From Octopus vulgaris (taxonomy: Eukaryota), in the NCBI GenBank assembly GCA_951406725.2, contig OX597819.1:38626001-38690000 (forward strand): a stretch of DNA of 64,000 nt, read 5' to 3'. Shown here one piece after another: positions 26,818 through 40,413 of the stretch. Within the stretch, counting starts at the first letter, position 1. The number at the start of each line of letters is the position of its first letter. A program made the translations under genes and the position numbers. The notes under the pieces are model-generated. The model was not told the origin of the DNA. It made no database searches and was given only the letters and a program-made list of their open reading frames with translations.

Positions 26818-28576
26818 CAACAAGTTTCTTTCAGTTTCCGTCTACCAAATCCATTCACAAGGCTTTGATCGACCCAAGGCTATAGTAGAAGACACTTGCC
26901 TAAGGTGTCACGCAGTAGGACTGAACCTGGAACTATGTGGTTGGAGGGCAAGCTTATCAAAGATTATTTTCTGTGGCTGTATTTGTTGTTTAAGTGTGTG
27001 TATCACATGTATTTGTGCATGTATATGTATTATCAAGTATTTTGACTAATAAGTAATAATTTATTCTGATTTTTGTTCTAGTTTTCAATTTCACTTCTGG
27101 AACCCTTTAGTTATGGAGTGTTTGTCTTGCAAGTTACTTGGTGATCCTGGTGGTAGTGATGCCATGAAAAAAGCACCCAGTACACTCTGTAAATTGACTG
27201 GCATTAGGAAGGGCATCCAGCTGTAGGAACCATGCTAAATCAGACAATAGAGCTTGACATAAGCCCCTGGCTTACTAGCTCCTGGCTTACTAGCTCCTGC
27301 CAAACTATCCAGCCCTTGCTAGCATGGATAAGGGATACTAAATGATGAAAAAAGCATTGGTGAAGGTACTAGTACCATGTAAAAAGCACTGGTACTGGTT
27401 CCACATAAAAAGCACCCAGTACACTCTGTGGAGAAGCTGGCATTAGGAAGGGCGGGCATCCTGCCATAGAAACCAAGCCAAGAAACACTATGAACATGAT
27501 GAGGGCCCTGGCCTTACCAGTTCCTGTCAAGCCATCCAACCCATGCCAGCATAGAAAACAGACATTAAACCTTGATGATGATAGTGAACCCAGCTGAATA
27601 ATTTAGTAATTAAACATACAATTGCTTGCATGGATAAATTTATTAAAGACATACTTCTCTACCCCAGTATGGTTCATGGTACTTTGCTATTAATTTATTG
27701 AAAAGAATAACATTCATACATATTTTAGTTAACATTGGTCAACAACAGTGGTGCCCCAGCATGGCTTTCAAGCTGAAAGCCATGCTTTCAAGCTTTCAAG
27801 CTGAAACATTTTTAAGGATTTAAGGATTGGTCTCAAATTTTGGTACAAAGCCAGTAATTTTGAGGTAGGAGGCAAGTCGATTACATCAACCACAGTGTTC
27901 AACTAGTACTTATTTTATTGACCCTGAAGGGATAAAAGGTGAAGTCGACCTCAGTGGAATTTGAACTTAGAACATAAAGATGGATGAAATGCTGCTAAGC
28001 ATTTTGCTTGGCACACTAACAATTCTGCCAGCTTGCTATCTTTATTTTAATTAATATTGATAGTTACTGAAGGTAAAAATACAAAAATATGAGCACCACT
28101 TCACATTACAATATAGTTTGTCTTAACTGATAACGCCATGAACAAATTTTCTGGGGCAAGGAATATGTATCTTAGGAGCAGTGAACTGTTTTGCATTTGA
28201 AGGCCCCAATAAATAAAATGTAAACTAATCAGGCTGCATCAAAGAAAATTAAAAACGAGACCTTTTTCTAATGACCTGTTTAGGATATTTTGTTTGTGTG
28301 ACAGCATTCTGAAGTTGGTACCAAAATGGCGGCCCACAATTTAAGATATTCTAAATACGTAATCATAAATATCTGTGTGTGCGTGTATGTGCGCGCACAT
28401 GTATTACTTGTTTGCTTACATTTATGTATGATCAAAGTTGTCATTCCTCAGTTAAAAAATCATTCACATACTTCGTGCTTTTGAAAGTGTGTGAAAACGA
28501 GAGATCCCTTATTCGAAAAAAGGGTAAGGATTAATTTCAAAAAAGGCATCTGGTAGTAAAAATAACACCACAATAA

Positions 28577-28915
28577 TACAGGGTGCATAAGGTATTTGAG
28601 GACATACCTTTTTGGGGTCATTGCTGCATTTTTTACTATCTCTGTATAACTTTTGTTTCAGAAGATAATAATGGCAGACCCTCATCTTACTCAAGAAATG
28701 AAGAGGCATGCTGTTATTATGGTTATATTTAGAAATATCTCGATTTTTAAAAGTTGCCAGATCTTTCTGTATACAAAGTTTGTAATGAGCTAGTGACTGA
28801 AAATGGAATCGTATCACCAGTATCAAAGTGTAAAAGCATTCTAAATGCTCTGAAATTATCAGAACACCTGAATTTATCCAACAAGTTCAACAGACCATTG
28901 ATTAAGGGCTCCCAA
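28577..28915 (+). mobile_element. Tc1/mariner-superfamily transposon 5' fragment
   Basis: TA|CAGGGTG terminus. ATG at 28671 gives MADPHLTQEMKRHAVI...EISRFLKVARSF/VYKV...IIRTPEFIQQVQ across frameshifts (HTH-like). Confidence 0.6.
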
Positions 28916-29235
28916 GTTGACTCATATAACTGTATATGTTACAATACAAAGTTTGAAATCCTTTCTGATAAGAGAATAAGTCATATAAAAACCAACATAG
29001 CGAATCAACCTCAATAAATACCTTATTGTTTTTAAAGGTTCTTCTAATTTGAAGTTTCTTCAATAAAATGTCTTCTAACAGCGACATACAATGTAATTCC
29101 AGTAAACAATTAGTGACCCATGCATACCAAAGTTTTGGTAGTTCACAACCACATTTTATGTCTAGCTGGGTAGCATGATGTAATTAAAAATATATTTGTC
29201 TAGTGATTCATATAGTTTCCTTTATGAATTTTGTT

Positions 29236-29630
29236 GATATCCTGGATTGCATCCAGAAAAGGGTCACCCAAATGGTTGGTGTAAGGTCATTCACAAATAT
29301 GCCCCAGCCTCTGGCTTACAGATCTGCTGTCTTTTCTCTCAGTCTTTTCTACTAATACTATAATGGCCTCTGCTCTTTGAAGCTGGCAGAACTCAAGTAT
29401 GCCTGTCCCACTTCTATCTCTTCCTCTCATCATTACTGTTGTTATGTCCAACACCTCCAGATCTTGCACTAACTACTATGCCCAGTCTTTATTTTCCAGA
29501 ATGTTGGCTCTTTGGAATTCCATTCCTGCTCATATCCCCTACTTCTCTTGTTGAACCATTGATTTACAAAGATTCAATAAGAACATTAACAGCATCAATC
29601 CCACTGGTCAAGGAGGGTCAGCAAAGACCA
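29236..29630 (+). mobile_element. LINE (CR1/Jockey-group-like) C-terminal fragment
   Basis: DILDCIQKRVTQMVG...QPLAYRSAVFSLSLFY*YYNGLCSLKLAEL resembles the post-RT LD.IQ.R...PL..R.....FY...G.CS..L pattern. Confidence 0.6.
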
Positions 29631-29881
29631 TGACACTGTCCCTTACCCCCACCCAATCCCATATATATATATTATAAGAATTTAGAAACTTTTTATGTTT
29701 ACAGAAGATTTGGGCTCAAGACCCATGGACAGCCATAGACTTTTTTCCATCCAAGGGCGATTTAACTCAATATAAACATCATCATTTCATAACTTTTACT
29801 TCAAGTTCCACCATTAAAGATAATCAATTATCAAACACACATACACAAGGTATGATATAAACTTGCATCAGGTCCTGTATG

Positions 29882-29928
<47 letters not shown>

Positions 29929-31709
29929 TCATCATCATCATCGTTTAACGTCCGCTTTCCATGCTAGCATGGGTTGGACGATTTTGACTAAGGGCTGGCA
30001 AGCCAGATGGCTGCACCAGACTCCAATCTTGATCTGGCAGAGTTTCTACAGCTGGATGCCCTTCTTAACGACAACCACTCTGAGAGTGTACTGGGTGCTT
30101 TTTACGTGCCACTGGCATGGGGGCCACTCAGGCGGCACTGGCATCGACCTCGCTCGAATCTTTTTACACGTTGTACCGGCACAGGTGCCAGTGAAGCGAG
30201 GTTGGTAACGATCACGCTCGAACGGTGCCCTTTTATGTGCCACGGGTACGGAAGCCAGTTGGCTGCTCTGGCAACAATCATGCTCAGATGGTGCTCTTGG
30301 CACCGTACTAGCACAGGCATATATATATATAAATATATGAAGGATTCTTTTGTCATGAATGAGAAATGAGGGTTCAGTAAAATAAGCGGTAATATACGTA
30401 TATATACATACCACTCATACGTATATATATGTATGACTCATACATATATATGTATACATATATATATAGGTGTATACATATACATATATAATAGGTGTAG
30501 GAGTGGCTGTGTGGTAAGTAGCTTGCATATGAACCACATGGTTCCGGGTTCAGACCCACTGCATGGCACCTTGGGCAAGTGTCTTCTACTACAGCCTTAG
30601 GCTGACGAAAGCTTTGAGTGGATTTGGTAGACGGAAACTGAAAGAAGCCCATCGAATATATGTATATATATATGTATATATATGTGTATGTGTGTCTGTG
30701 TTTGTCCTCCCAATTTCGCTTGACAACCGATGCTGGTCTGTTTACATCCCTGTAACTTAGCGGTTCGGCAAAAGAGACCGATAGAATAAGTACTACGCTT
30801 ACAAAGAAAAAATCCTGGAGTTGATTTGCTCGACTGAAGGTGGTGCTCCAGCATGGCCAGTCACATGACTGAAGCAAGTAAAAGAGTAAGAGCATATATA
30901 TATATATATATATATATATATGCTCTTACTCTTTTACACACACACATGCGCACACATTATATACATATTTCCTATATGTTGAACTTATGTTGCATAGTGA
31001 AAGCAGTACTCAAACGTGGCCTTGGATGTGATTGCTAAACTGAACTAAAGAACAATATAATCTGAATTGTAACCTCCTACTCTCTTGCCTCCTCTCTCTC
31101 CTCCCCCCTCTCTCTCAATCTCTTACTGTCTCCTTCCTTCACCATTCCATAAATAACATGACTTTTATTCTGTTTGAACCAGTTTGCTGGCAAAACTTGA
31201 TTCCATATAGCTTGAGAGTACATGGTAAGTAAAATAGTTTTAGGTTACCATAGTAACAAAGTGGACAGGAAAACACAAAAAATATGAAAAGAAATCCCCT
31301 TGCCACTCCTAATACCTTTATAGCATGCACTGTATCCCAATCCTTTGACATTACCAATTCTTCAAACAACATTAGCTTCCTGTATTACAATCGTTAGAAT
31401 ACGAAAAACAAAAAAGAAATAAATATTGTTATTACACAGTGTATATGAATAATCCAATTTTATTGTTAGAATATCCAGTGTGATATTATTGAGAGTCATG
31501 AAGTTTTGATATTACATAAAATCCTGTTGACTGGTCCAGCTTTAATGTGTATAATATGAAGTTATAGCACAGTGTATATGAAATTATAGTCCATATCAAA
31601 ATCAATAACTTTAGCTTTTCACTCTGATGCATGTTACTTAAATCTTATCATATAAGCTCTGTCCTAGATTTTCAGTGATAATAATAATGATGATGATGAC
31701 GATGATGAC

Positions 31710-31762
<53 letters not shown>

Positions 31763-31768
<6 letters not shown>

Positions 31769-32115
31769 TAATACCTGTTGTCATAGGTGCCCTGGGAATG
31801 ATAGCAAAAGGGGCTGATTGCTACCTCACTCAGATACCAGGAAACCCCAAAATGGCAGAAATTCAAAAGATAGTGCTCATGGGAACTGCTCATATCCTTC
31901 GCAAAATACTTTCTATGTAATCTCAAGTTTTAAAACAAACTTAATTTTCGTATGTTTTTTTAGACATTCACTAGTACAACACTAAGTACAAAACCAAATA
32001 TATGGCACACTAGGCATAACAACAATATGAACTTCCAACCTGTTGTCTCTTGAAGTCTCTGGGTGAGACTTGGAGCCAACTTGTACAAATGTAAAGCAAA
32101 AGTCAAACATAGAAT
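31763..32115 (+). mobile_element. R4/Dong-like non-LTR retrotransposon 3' fragment in (TAA)n
   Basis: TIIPVVIGALGMI...EIQKIVLMGTAHILRKILSM* is the typical C-terminus after the restriction-like endonuclease. Flanked by (TAA)n. Confidence 0.75.
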
Positions 32116-34020
32116 AATAGTAATAATAATAATAATGCACTGCTTGGAACCTCTTGAATACTCCGGATGGTGCTCAAAAAATAAGGGGTGTCACCTTAGT
32201 TCACTGGTAGTGAACAGCTGACACCGGAGTACATCTCCAGTGTTAGAAGCTGTGCAAAGACAATAAAATAATAATGATAATAATAATCCTTTGTACTATA
32301 GGCACAAGGCCTGGAATTTTGGGGGAGGGGGTTAGTTGATTACATTGCTCCCCAGTGCATAACTGGTACTTATTTCATTGACACCGAAAGGATGGAAGGT
32401 AAAATCGACCTCGGTGGAATTTAAACTCAGAACATAAAGACGGATGAAATGCCACTAAGTATTTTGCCCAGTGTGTTAGCGGTTCTGCCAGCTCGCTGCC
32501 GAATAATAATAATAATAATAATAATAAAAATGATGATGATGATGATGGTTTTTGAGATGGGCACAAAATCAGTACTTTCTAAGAGAAAAGCTAGTCTCTA
32601 CAACTGATCCCAGTATCTGATTGGTAATTTATTTTATTGATCCTGAAAAGATGACAGGTAAAGCTAACTTCAGCACAATTTGAACTCAGAATGTAAAGAT
32701 CTAGAGCATATGCGAAAAGCATTTTTTTTTTCTTGATGCTCTAATGACAATGGTCAATTTGCCATCCTTTTAAAATAAAAATGTTTGAGTTGAGGTGCAT
32801 TAGCCATTTACATTGACCTCAGTACTTAGGTGGTACTTTATTTCATCTATTTGGAGGGACCAGTGAGATTTGAACTTGGAGTCAATATAAACATTGTGAG
32901 GCATTTTCCCTGACACTTTAATGACTTAAAAACCAATTTGCCATAATTGTTACCGCTACCACCACCACCATTTGACATCCATTTTTTCCATGCTTGCATG
33001 GATCTGATGGAAATTGTTTTACAGCTGGATGCCTGCTCAGTTATAAGTCTATGCCAATATCAATGTAATTTATACAACATCTGTCATTTGAAGTGAACAG
33101 TAGGTATGTATTGGAAACATCAGTAAATTCTCTTGAGAACAATAGTTATATCAGACACTAAATTTTTATTGAGAAATCAATAAACATGAATATCAAAATA
33201 AAAATTCAAATGGAAATTGTAGTTAAGACACCCGTGCTGGTGACACGTAAAAAGCACCGTCCGAAAGTGGCAGATACTAGCGTCGCCTGACTGGCGTCCG
33301 TGTCGGTGACACGTAAAAGCGCCAACCAATTGTGGCCATTTGCAAGCCTGCTCTAGCCCCTGTGCCAGTGGCATGTAAAAAACACCCACTACACTCGCGG
33401 AGTGGTTGGTGTTAGGAAGGGCATCCAGCTGTAGAAACACTGCCAAATCAGACTAGAGCCCGGTGCAGCCTCCATGGCTTACCAGACCCCGGTCGAACCA
33501 TCCAACCCATGCTAGCATGGAAAACAGACGTTAAATGATGATGATGATGAAATCCAAAGTTTGGATTTATGATTAGCTGAACATGAGGAATGCAAGCTCA
33601 AGTACCTCAGTAAGTGTATTGGAGAAGTGTGTTTAATATAGAGCCTCATCCAAAAGGACAGGATAAAAGAAAATAACTCAAAATACTTAGGTGCTAATGG
33701 AAATATATATAACTTGACTGTGAGAGCACATGGTCTAGTAGTGGTTAGGGTGTTGCACTCATGTTCACAAGATCTTGGTTTCAATTCCAGGACTGGGTGG
33801 TGCATTGGGTTCTTGAGCAAAACACCATGTCTCACGTTGCTCTGTGATTACTTTGACATCTGATGTACGGTACACTGTATAGCACATACATTTGATCACT
33901 AGAAACATATTATTTGTGTAGGTTGTTCAGTAAAAAATTCCACAGCCATCTTTCTATGAGAGACTGCCATCATATAACTTCGCTAACCCCTCACTTTTAT
34001 AAATTTCTTTTTCTGAATCA

Positions 34021-34593
34021 TTAGCATGCCGGTTGGAATGCTTAGTGGTATTTTGGCTGCAGTTACGTTCTGAGTTCAAATTCCGCCGAGGTCAACTTTG
34101 CCTTTCATCTTTTCGGGGTTGATTAAATAAGTACCAGTTACGCACTGGGGTCAATATAATCAACTTAAACCGTTTGTCTGTCCTCGTTTGTCCTCTCTGT
34201 GTTTAGCCCCTTGTGGGTAGTAAAGAAATAGGTATTTCGGCTGCCGTTACGTTCTGAGTTCAAATTCCGCCGAGGTTGACTTTGCCTTTCATCTTTTCGG
34301 GGTCAATTAAATAAGTACCAGTTACACACTGGGGTCGATATAATCAACTTAATGCGTTTGTCTGTCCTTGTTTGACCTCTCTGTGTTTAGCCCCTTGTGG
34401 GTAGTAAAGAAATAGGTATTTCGTCTGCCGTTATGTTCTGAGTTCAAATTCCGCCGAGGTCGACTTTGCCTTTCATCTTTTCGAGGTCGATTAAATAAGT
34501 ACCAGTTACACACTGGGGTCGATATAATCGACTTAATCCATTTGTTTGTCCTTGTTTGTCCTCTCTGTGTTTAGCCCCTTGTGGGTAGTAAAG
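34021..34593 (+). repeat. Tandem trimer of SINE family C (unit about 184 bp)
   Basis: Three head-to-tail units joined at aaagaaataggtatttcg. Confidence 0.9.
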
Positions 34594-34809
34594 AATCAAA
34601 TATTTGTGAATAAAAATCTCATAAGGACTTGTTTTTTTTTACTGTATGTCTCTCAGTGTTTAGAATAGTTACACCATTTCCCTGCATTTCATAAGAGACA
34701 ACTACAGGTAACTGATGACAGGAAGGGTATCTAACTGTAAAATATCGCTTCAGGAAAACCACCCAACCCATGCCATCATGGAAAAGTAACAGTAAAATAA
34801 AAATGCTGC

Positions 34810-35110
34810 TGGTGATGGTGTTGTTATTGTTGATGATGTGATGATGATGATGAAGATGATGGTGATAATGATGATGGTGATGATGATGATGATGATGGTG
34901 ATAATGATGATGATGATGATGATGGTGATGATGATGGTGATGATGATGGTGATAATGATGATGGTGATGGTGATAATGATGATGGTGATGATGATGATGA
35001 TGATGATGATAATGATAATGATGATGATGATGATGATGGTGATGATAATGATGATGGTGATGATGATGATGATGATGATAGTAAAGAGGACAAGAATAAC
35101 GATGATGACA
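34810..35110. repeat. (GAT/GGT/AAT)n trinucleotide array
   Basis: About 300 nt compound microsatellite. Confidence 0.95.
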
Positions 35111-35434
35111 ATGACGAATCTTATTAAATGTTTTGAGAAATCCAAAAGAAATCTTTAAATTTTCAGCTACTCAAAAGGAAGCAGGTGGCAGAATGCTTTC
35201 ATCAACCGACTATTGAATGTTTGGATTCCATTGTTAAACAAGAGTCCTACTGTGGCTTCCAGGTTATTGCTGTACATTCTGATTGCTGAACACAGGAAAC
35301 TGCTATCAAGTGCAGTATGACTTTGGTTATCGGGGCATGGAGCTGCTGAATCTCCTGTATGTAATATTGTCCACCAAGCTGTAATGACAACATGGCTCTG
35401 ATGTGCAGCCATCAACTTTCCTCCTCCTCCTTGT

Positions 35435-35465
<31 letters not shown>

Positions 35466-36661
35466 ATCACCACCACCATTATTGTCATCAGTCTTCATCA
35501 TCATCATCATTGTCGTTATCACCACCACCACCGCCACCGCCACCACCACCACCACCACCACCACCATCATCATCACCAACACCATCATCATTTGTTGCTG
35601 ATTAATATTGTAGTAACCTAGGCTTCTTTATGCGTAACAATAGTGAGAGATTATTATCTCTAGATCTTTATTTATACACAAGTTTTAGATCAACAAATTG
35701 CCATGCATTTCAAGGTCTGAAATTTTCTAATAATCAACAACTGTGTTATGTATTCATGCATTTCAAAGTTGTGATGACGAATGCAACATATTATGGAAGG
35801 GCCAAGCAGAGAGAGTATGTAATAACCAAACAATGTTGCCAGCTCACATCACCATGGTTGAATTACAATGTGTCCACAGCCAAAACACTCAACCCTTTGC
35901 CTACTCTTTTACTTGTTTCAGTCATTTGACTGTGGTCATGCTGGAGCACCGCCTTTAGTCGAGCAAACCGACCCCAGGACTTATTCTTTGTAAGCCTAGT
36001 ACTTATTCTATCGGTCTCTTTTGCCAAACCGCTAAGTTACAGGAATGTAAACACACCATCATCGGTTGTCAAGCGATGTTGGAGGGACAAACACAAACAC
36101 ATACACACACATAAACACACACACACACACACACACTTACATATATATATATATATATATACATACACACACACATATATACGACGGGTTACTTTCAGTT
36201 TCCGTCTACCAAATCCACTCACAAGGCTTTGGTCGACCTGAGGCTATAGTAGAAGATACTTGCCCAAGGTGCCACACAGTGGGACTGAACCCGGAACCAT
36301 GTGGTTGGTAAACAAGCTACGTACCACACAGCCACTCCTACATCTGTTCAAAGCTTTTTATAAGTTTGTCTTAAACATCCATGCTTGCTTTTGGTTTTTT
36401 GGTTAGCTCTTATTTCATACATTCTTAGTGGTTCAAAGTTTTACTTTCATAAATTTCAAGTAATTCTGGTGGTTAAAAATATTGATTTGAATTTTGGCAC
36501 AAGGCCAGCAAATTCAAGAGTAGAGCTAAGTTGATTTAAATCAACCCCAATGCTCAACTGGCATTTATTTTATCCACCCCCAAAAGAATGAAAGGCAATG
36601 TTGACTCCAGAGGCATTTAAACCCAGAATGTAAAGACAGAAAATTCCACTAAGCATTTTTC

Positions 36662-37022
36662 GGATCTTTTCGTATACTGGTAGAATGTGTTTATAAAACA
36701 TCTTTTTCTCTTGGCTTTATTGAGAAAATTCTATAGTTTGTAACATATTTGTGGGTTTTTTTCTTCAATTTCTGCAATTTCAACCAATCAAATACATCCA
36801 TTGAGTTAAAAAACATTCTGTGCTGTATGAATATGTCCCTTGTTTAAGAAACAGATTGGGTTTATTTACATTTGTGAAGAAAAAAAGATACCCTTCCCCC
36901 GACTCCTAACCTTAACCCTAAAACAGATTGAAATGCAATAGATCGATACTAGGGTCATAATTATGAGTGACAATTTTATATGACACCGCTAGAAAAAACT
37001 GCCGTTCAAACTGAAAAGATCC
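36662..37022. mobile_element. Non-autonomous element with GGATCTTTTC/GAAAAGATCC termini and internal telomere-like CCCTAA motifs
   Basis: 10-bp terminal inverted repeat. Inverted paralogue at 46615-47016. Confidence 0.6.
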
Positions 37023-37655
37023 CATTTTTCTTGCCTGCCAATGATTCTGCCAGCCTGCTGCCTTCTGTGGTTAAAAAATTATTGGTAATATGTATCATAT
37101 ATGATGCCTGAAAGGCAGCGAGCTGGCACATTTGTTAGCAAGCTGGGCAAAATGCTTAGTGGTATTTTGTCTGTCTTTATGTTCTGGGTTCAAACTCCAC
37201 TAAGGCTGACTTTGTCTTACATCTTTCTGGGGTCAATAAAAATAAGTACAAGTTGAACACTGGGGCAATGTAATTAATTGGTTTAACTCTTCCCTCCAAA
37301 TTGCTGGCCTTGTGTCAAAATTTGAAACCAACATGTATAATGTATGATGTACGGACACCAGGGAAATATGTCCTATGTATTACACATGACATACACACTC
37401 AGAACAAGCGAAGGGTTAATATTTTGGTCAATTTTTAGCCAAGGTAGGTATCATAGATTCCATGCTGTCAGCAGAGGTAATATTGTGATGGAAAAATTGA
37501 TGATTAGTAATTGATTAGTATGTTTATAGTGTCAAGCTTAATTCTTCTCATTCTTCTCTATGGTAAACTAGTAACCTAGACAAAGGGAGATTTGTCCATT
37601 GTTTACTAAATACTAAGGAAACCAAAGATTAGATACTAATGTAAGGATCATCTTT

Positions 37656-38337
37656 ATATTATAAGGTTGTCCCAAAAGTTCGTAGAAAGTCTTGGAAAAT
37701 AATGGTCTTTATTTTGAGGACTAATTTTTGTTGTTTTTGTTAGTACTTGGCGAGTAAAAATTCAATTTTCGCAAGTGTTTACGAACTTTTGGGACAACAT
37801 AATATTTACATTCGACGGATATTTGTCCTCATCTTGTTTGTTGTTAACACCCTCCAGCCTTCTTCAGGTGTCTTGGGGGGAATTTCGAACCTGGGTTCTC
37901 ATTCCTAAGGTATTCTTCGATGTTATTATTATTATTATTGTTGTTCAGGTCACTGCTTGGAATTGAACTTGGAATCTTGGGGTTAGTAGCCCACACTCTT
38001 AACCACTACACCATATGCCCGTGGGCAATTATGGAGTGAGTTTTAGGGTTTATAAATCTAATATTTTTCTATCTTTCCTTAATACCAGTTCCCATATGCA
38101 GTTCACATCTGCACTTGGTCTGCTTAGGAGGTTGTTGTGTCCTAGCATATGTGCTGCTTCTTTTAGTTTTTGTATTTTCCAGTGGTGTTCTCTGTCTATT
38201 ATTTTAACTTCATCCCACAGAAGGGTATATCAGTCGAAACATTGTGTTAACAACAAACAAGATGAGGACAAATATCTGTCGAATGTAAATAATGTAAATA
38301 ATGTACATAATTCCTCATCTCTTAAATATAGAACTGT
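37656..38337. mobile_element. Composite insertion: mariner-like MITE plus Penelope-like foldback element, bounded by a 12-bp direct repeat
   Basis: aggatcatcttt at 37644-37655 and 38338-38349. MITE inverted repeats gttgtcccaaaagttcgta / tacgaacttttgggacaac within 37660-37804. 47-bp inverted arms at 37804-37850 and 38244-38290. Confidence 0.7.
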
Positions 38338-38499
38338 AGGATCATCTTTGTTCTACATTTTATCTTAGGATGACTGAAAAATCAGAGTCCATCACTTGCT
38401 TGAGAGCAACAGAAATCTTGAATATACAGCATTAACAATGACAAAATGAATATGACCAAGCTACTTCAAAATGATTAGAAAAAAATTTATGATACTTAC

Positions 38500-38696
38500 A
38501 AAATATATGGGATGGCTAAAAGACTTGGTAAACTGATAGCCATCTGAAGATGGCGCCAATTTCTCAGAAGGTAACCGAGGCCAGCCAAAGTCATAACAAC
38601 TGTTCCAATCACAACTGCAACAAAGATACCAGCTCGAGCTCTGTACTTTGTTAGATACAGTTCCATTGTCATCACGAATGTAGTTGTTTGAAGACC
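38500..38696 (-). CDS. SLC22-like gene, coding exon 3 (not in the ORF track)
   Basis: ctag|GGT...TT|gtaagt. Hand translation GLQTTTFVMTMELYLTKYRARAGIFVAVVIGTVVMTLAGLGYLLRNWRHLQMAISLPSLLAIPYI(F) contains the SLC22 R.WR.LQ motif. 197 nt, phase 0/2. Confidence 0.93.
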
Positions 38697-38812
38697 CTAG
38701 ACAAAGTAAAGAAAATCATTGTCCCATTACGACAGTATATATAAGTCATTTCAAAGTTTGATTTCACATTGCTTTATGTATTTTCCATTAATAATAATAA
38801 TAATAATAATAA

Positions 38813-39176
38813 CTAGCACTATGACCCGGCAACGCTGGGTCATAGTGCTAGTGCATGCATATACAGCTGTGAGCGTGCACACATACACGTGAGTACTGTC
38901 CAAATCTCCAACCAATCACATACAGCTAGCTGGCATTCAATTGGCGTATCAAGTTTTGGGCATTTTGATTGGATTTGGGATAGAAAATTCACAAAAAAGT
39001 CACTTCTATTGATTTTTTAATGGCTTTGTGGGGTGACTGGGGAAATGTAAAGATTCGCACAACCACCCTTGGACGGTTTTAAATGACCATAGAAAGTGTG
39101 AGCCTTCTAACTGAAAAATTATGGATTTGTATTAAGGACACACACACAGAAATTTTGCCATTTATATACAGAGAGA
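38813..39176 (-). mobile_element. Short non-autonomous Helitron-like element
   Basis: On the minus strand it starts A|TC and ends with a GC hairpin plus CTAG|T. Inserted in a (TAA)n tract. Confidence 0.65.
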
Positions 39177-39188
39177 TAATAGTAATAA

Positions 39189-40325
39189 AATGCCCTGGTG
39201 CAGTACAAGGCAGTGGCTTTTGTGGCTTCTGATCTTAACTGATTGGAAGTGTTATCATGCACATTGCTTTGTCTTGGTATAAAACACGGGCTACAGCAAA
39301 TATTCTGTTCAATACCACAGATTTGCTTGTCAGTGGTTTGACCTTAACCAGTTGCGCATGTCCCTTAGTGGCTGACGATATGTGCATCTCTGATCACAAG
39401 CAGAAGTAGTGGGAGAGCATCATAGCCATATGTTGAGAGAGATTCTTTGGGGTTTGAATAATTCACTTCTGGAAACATGGGTGTTTCAATCAACATCCTT
39501 AAACAACCCTTATTCAGGGACTTTTTGAGCGGGATGGGTTACTCGACCAGAAGAACATTCTAACTGGGCCCCACCTGCAAGCTCATGCACTGTTTATCTT
39601 GATATGAGATGCATGCGCCTAGTGTACCCTAATCAGACGGGTAGTCGTGATGGGTATACTGGGCTTCATATATTTTACCGCAGTGTCACTTTGATGGCAT
39701 GCACTGCTCTCTCGCTCAATGATAATAATAATAATAATAATAATAACAATAATAATCATAATAATAAATGCCCTGATGCAGTACCAGGCAGTGGCTCTCA
39801 TGGCTTCTGATCTTAACTGATTGGAAGTGTTATCATGTACATTGCTTTGTCTTGGTATAAAAGATGGGCTACAGCAAATATTCTGCTCAATACCACAGAT
39901 TTGCTTGTCAGTTGTTTGACCTTAACCAGTTGAGCATGTCCCTTAGTGGCTGACGACATGTGCGTCTCTGATCACGAGCAGAAGTAGTGGGGGAGCATCA
40001 TAGCCATGTGTTGAGAGGGATTCTTTGGGGTTTGAATAATTCACCTCTGGAAACATGGGTGGTTCTTTCAACATCCTTAAACAACCCTTATTCAGGGACC
40101 TTTTGAGTGGGATGGGCTACTCAACCTGAAGAAAATTCTAACTGGGCCCCACCTGCAAGGTCATGTGCTGTTTATCTTGATATGAGATCACCATGTCGTG
40201 CACATATGGTTGTGATGCATGTGCCTGGTGTACCCTTATCAGACGGATAGTCATGATGGGTATATTGGGCTTCGTATATTTTACCGCAGTGTCACTTTGA
40301 TGGCATGCACTGCTCTCTCGCTCAA
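39189..40325 (+). mobile_element. Head-to-tail dimer of a ~550-bp (TAA)n-associated retroposon-like repeat
   Basis: Units 39189-39720 and 39767-40325, separated and followed by (TAA)n. Other copies at about 15040-15590, 41303-41490 and 5780-5900 (inverted). Confidence 0.75.
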
Positions 40326-40364
40326 TGATAATAATACTAATAATAATAATAATAATACTAATAC

Positions 40365-40413
<49 letters not shown>

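Noticed and set aside
34750-35158. Poly-Ile, poly-Met and poly-Ser ORFs
   Set aside because: Trinucleotide microsatellite artefacts.
35167-35415. Unique-looking 82-aa ORF or possible exon
   Set aside because: No recognisable motif, and the SLC22 frame is complete without it.
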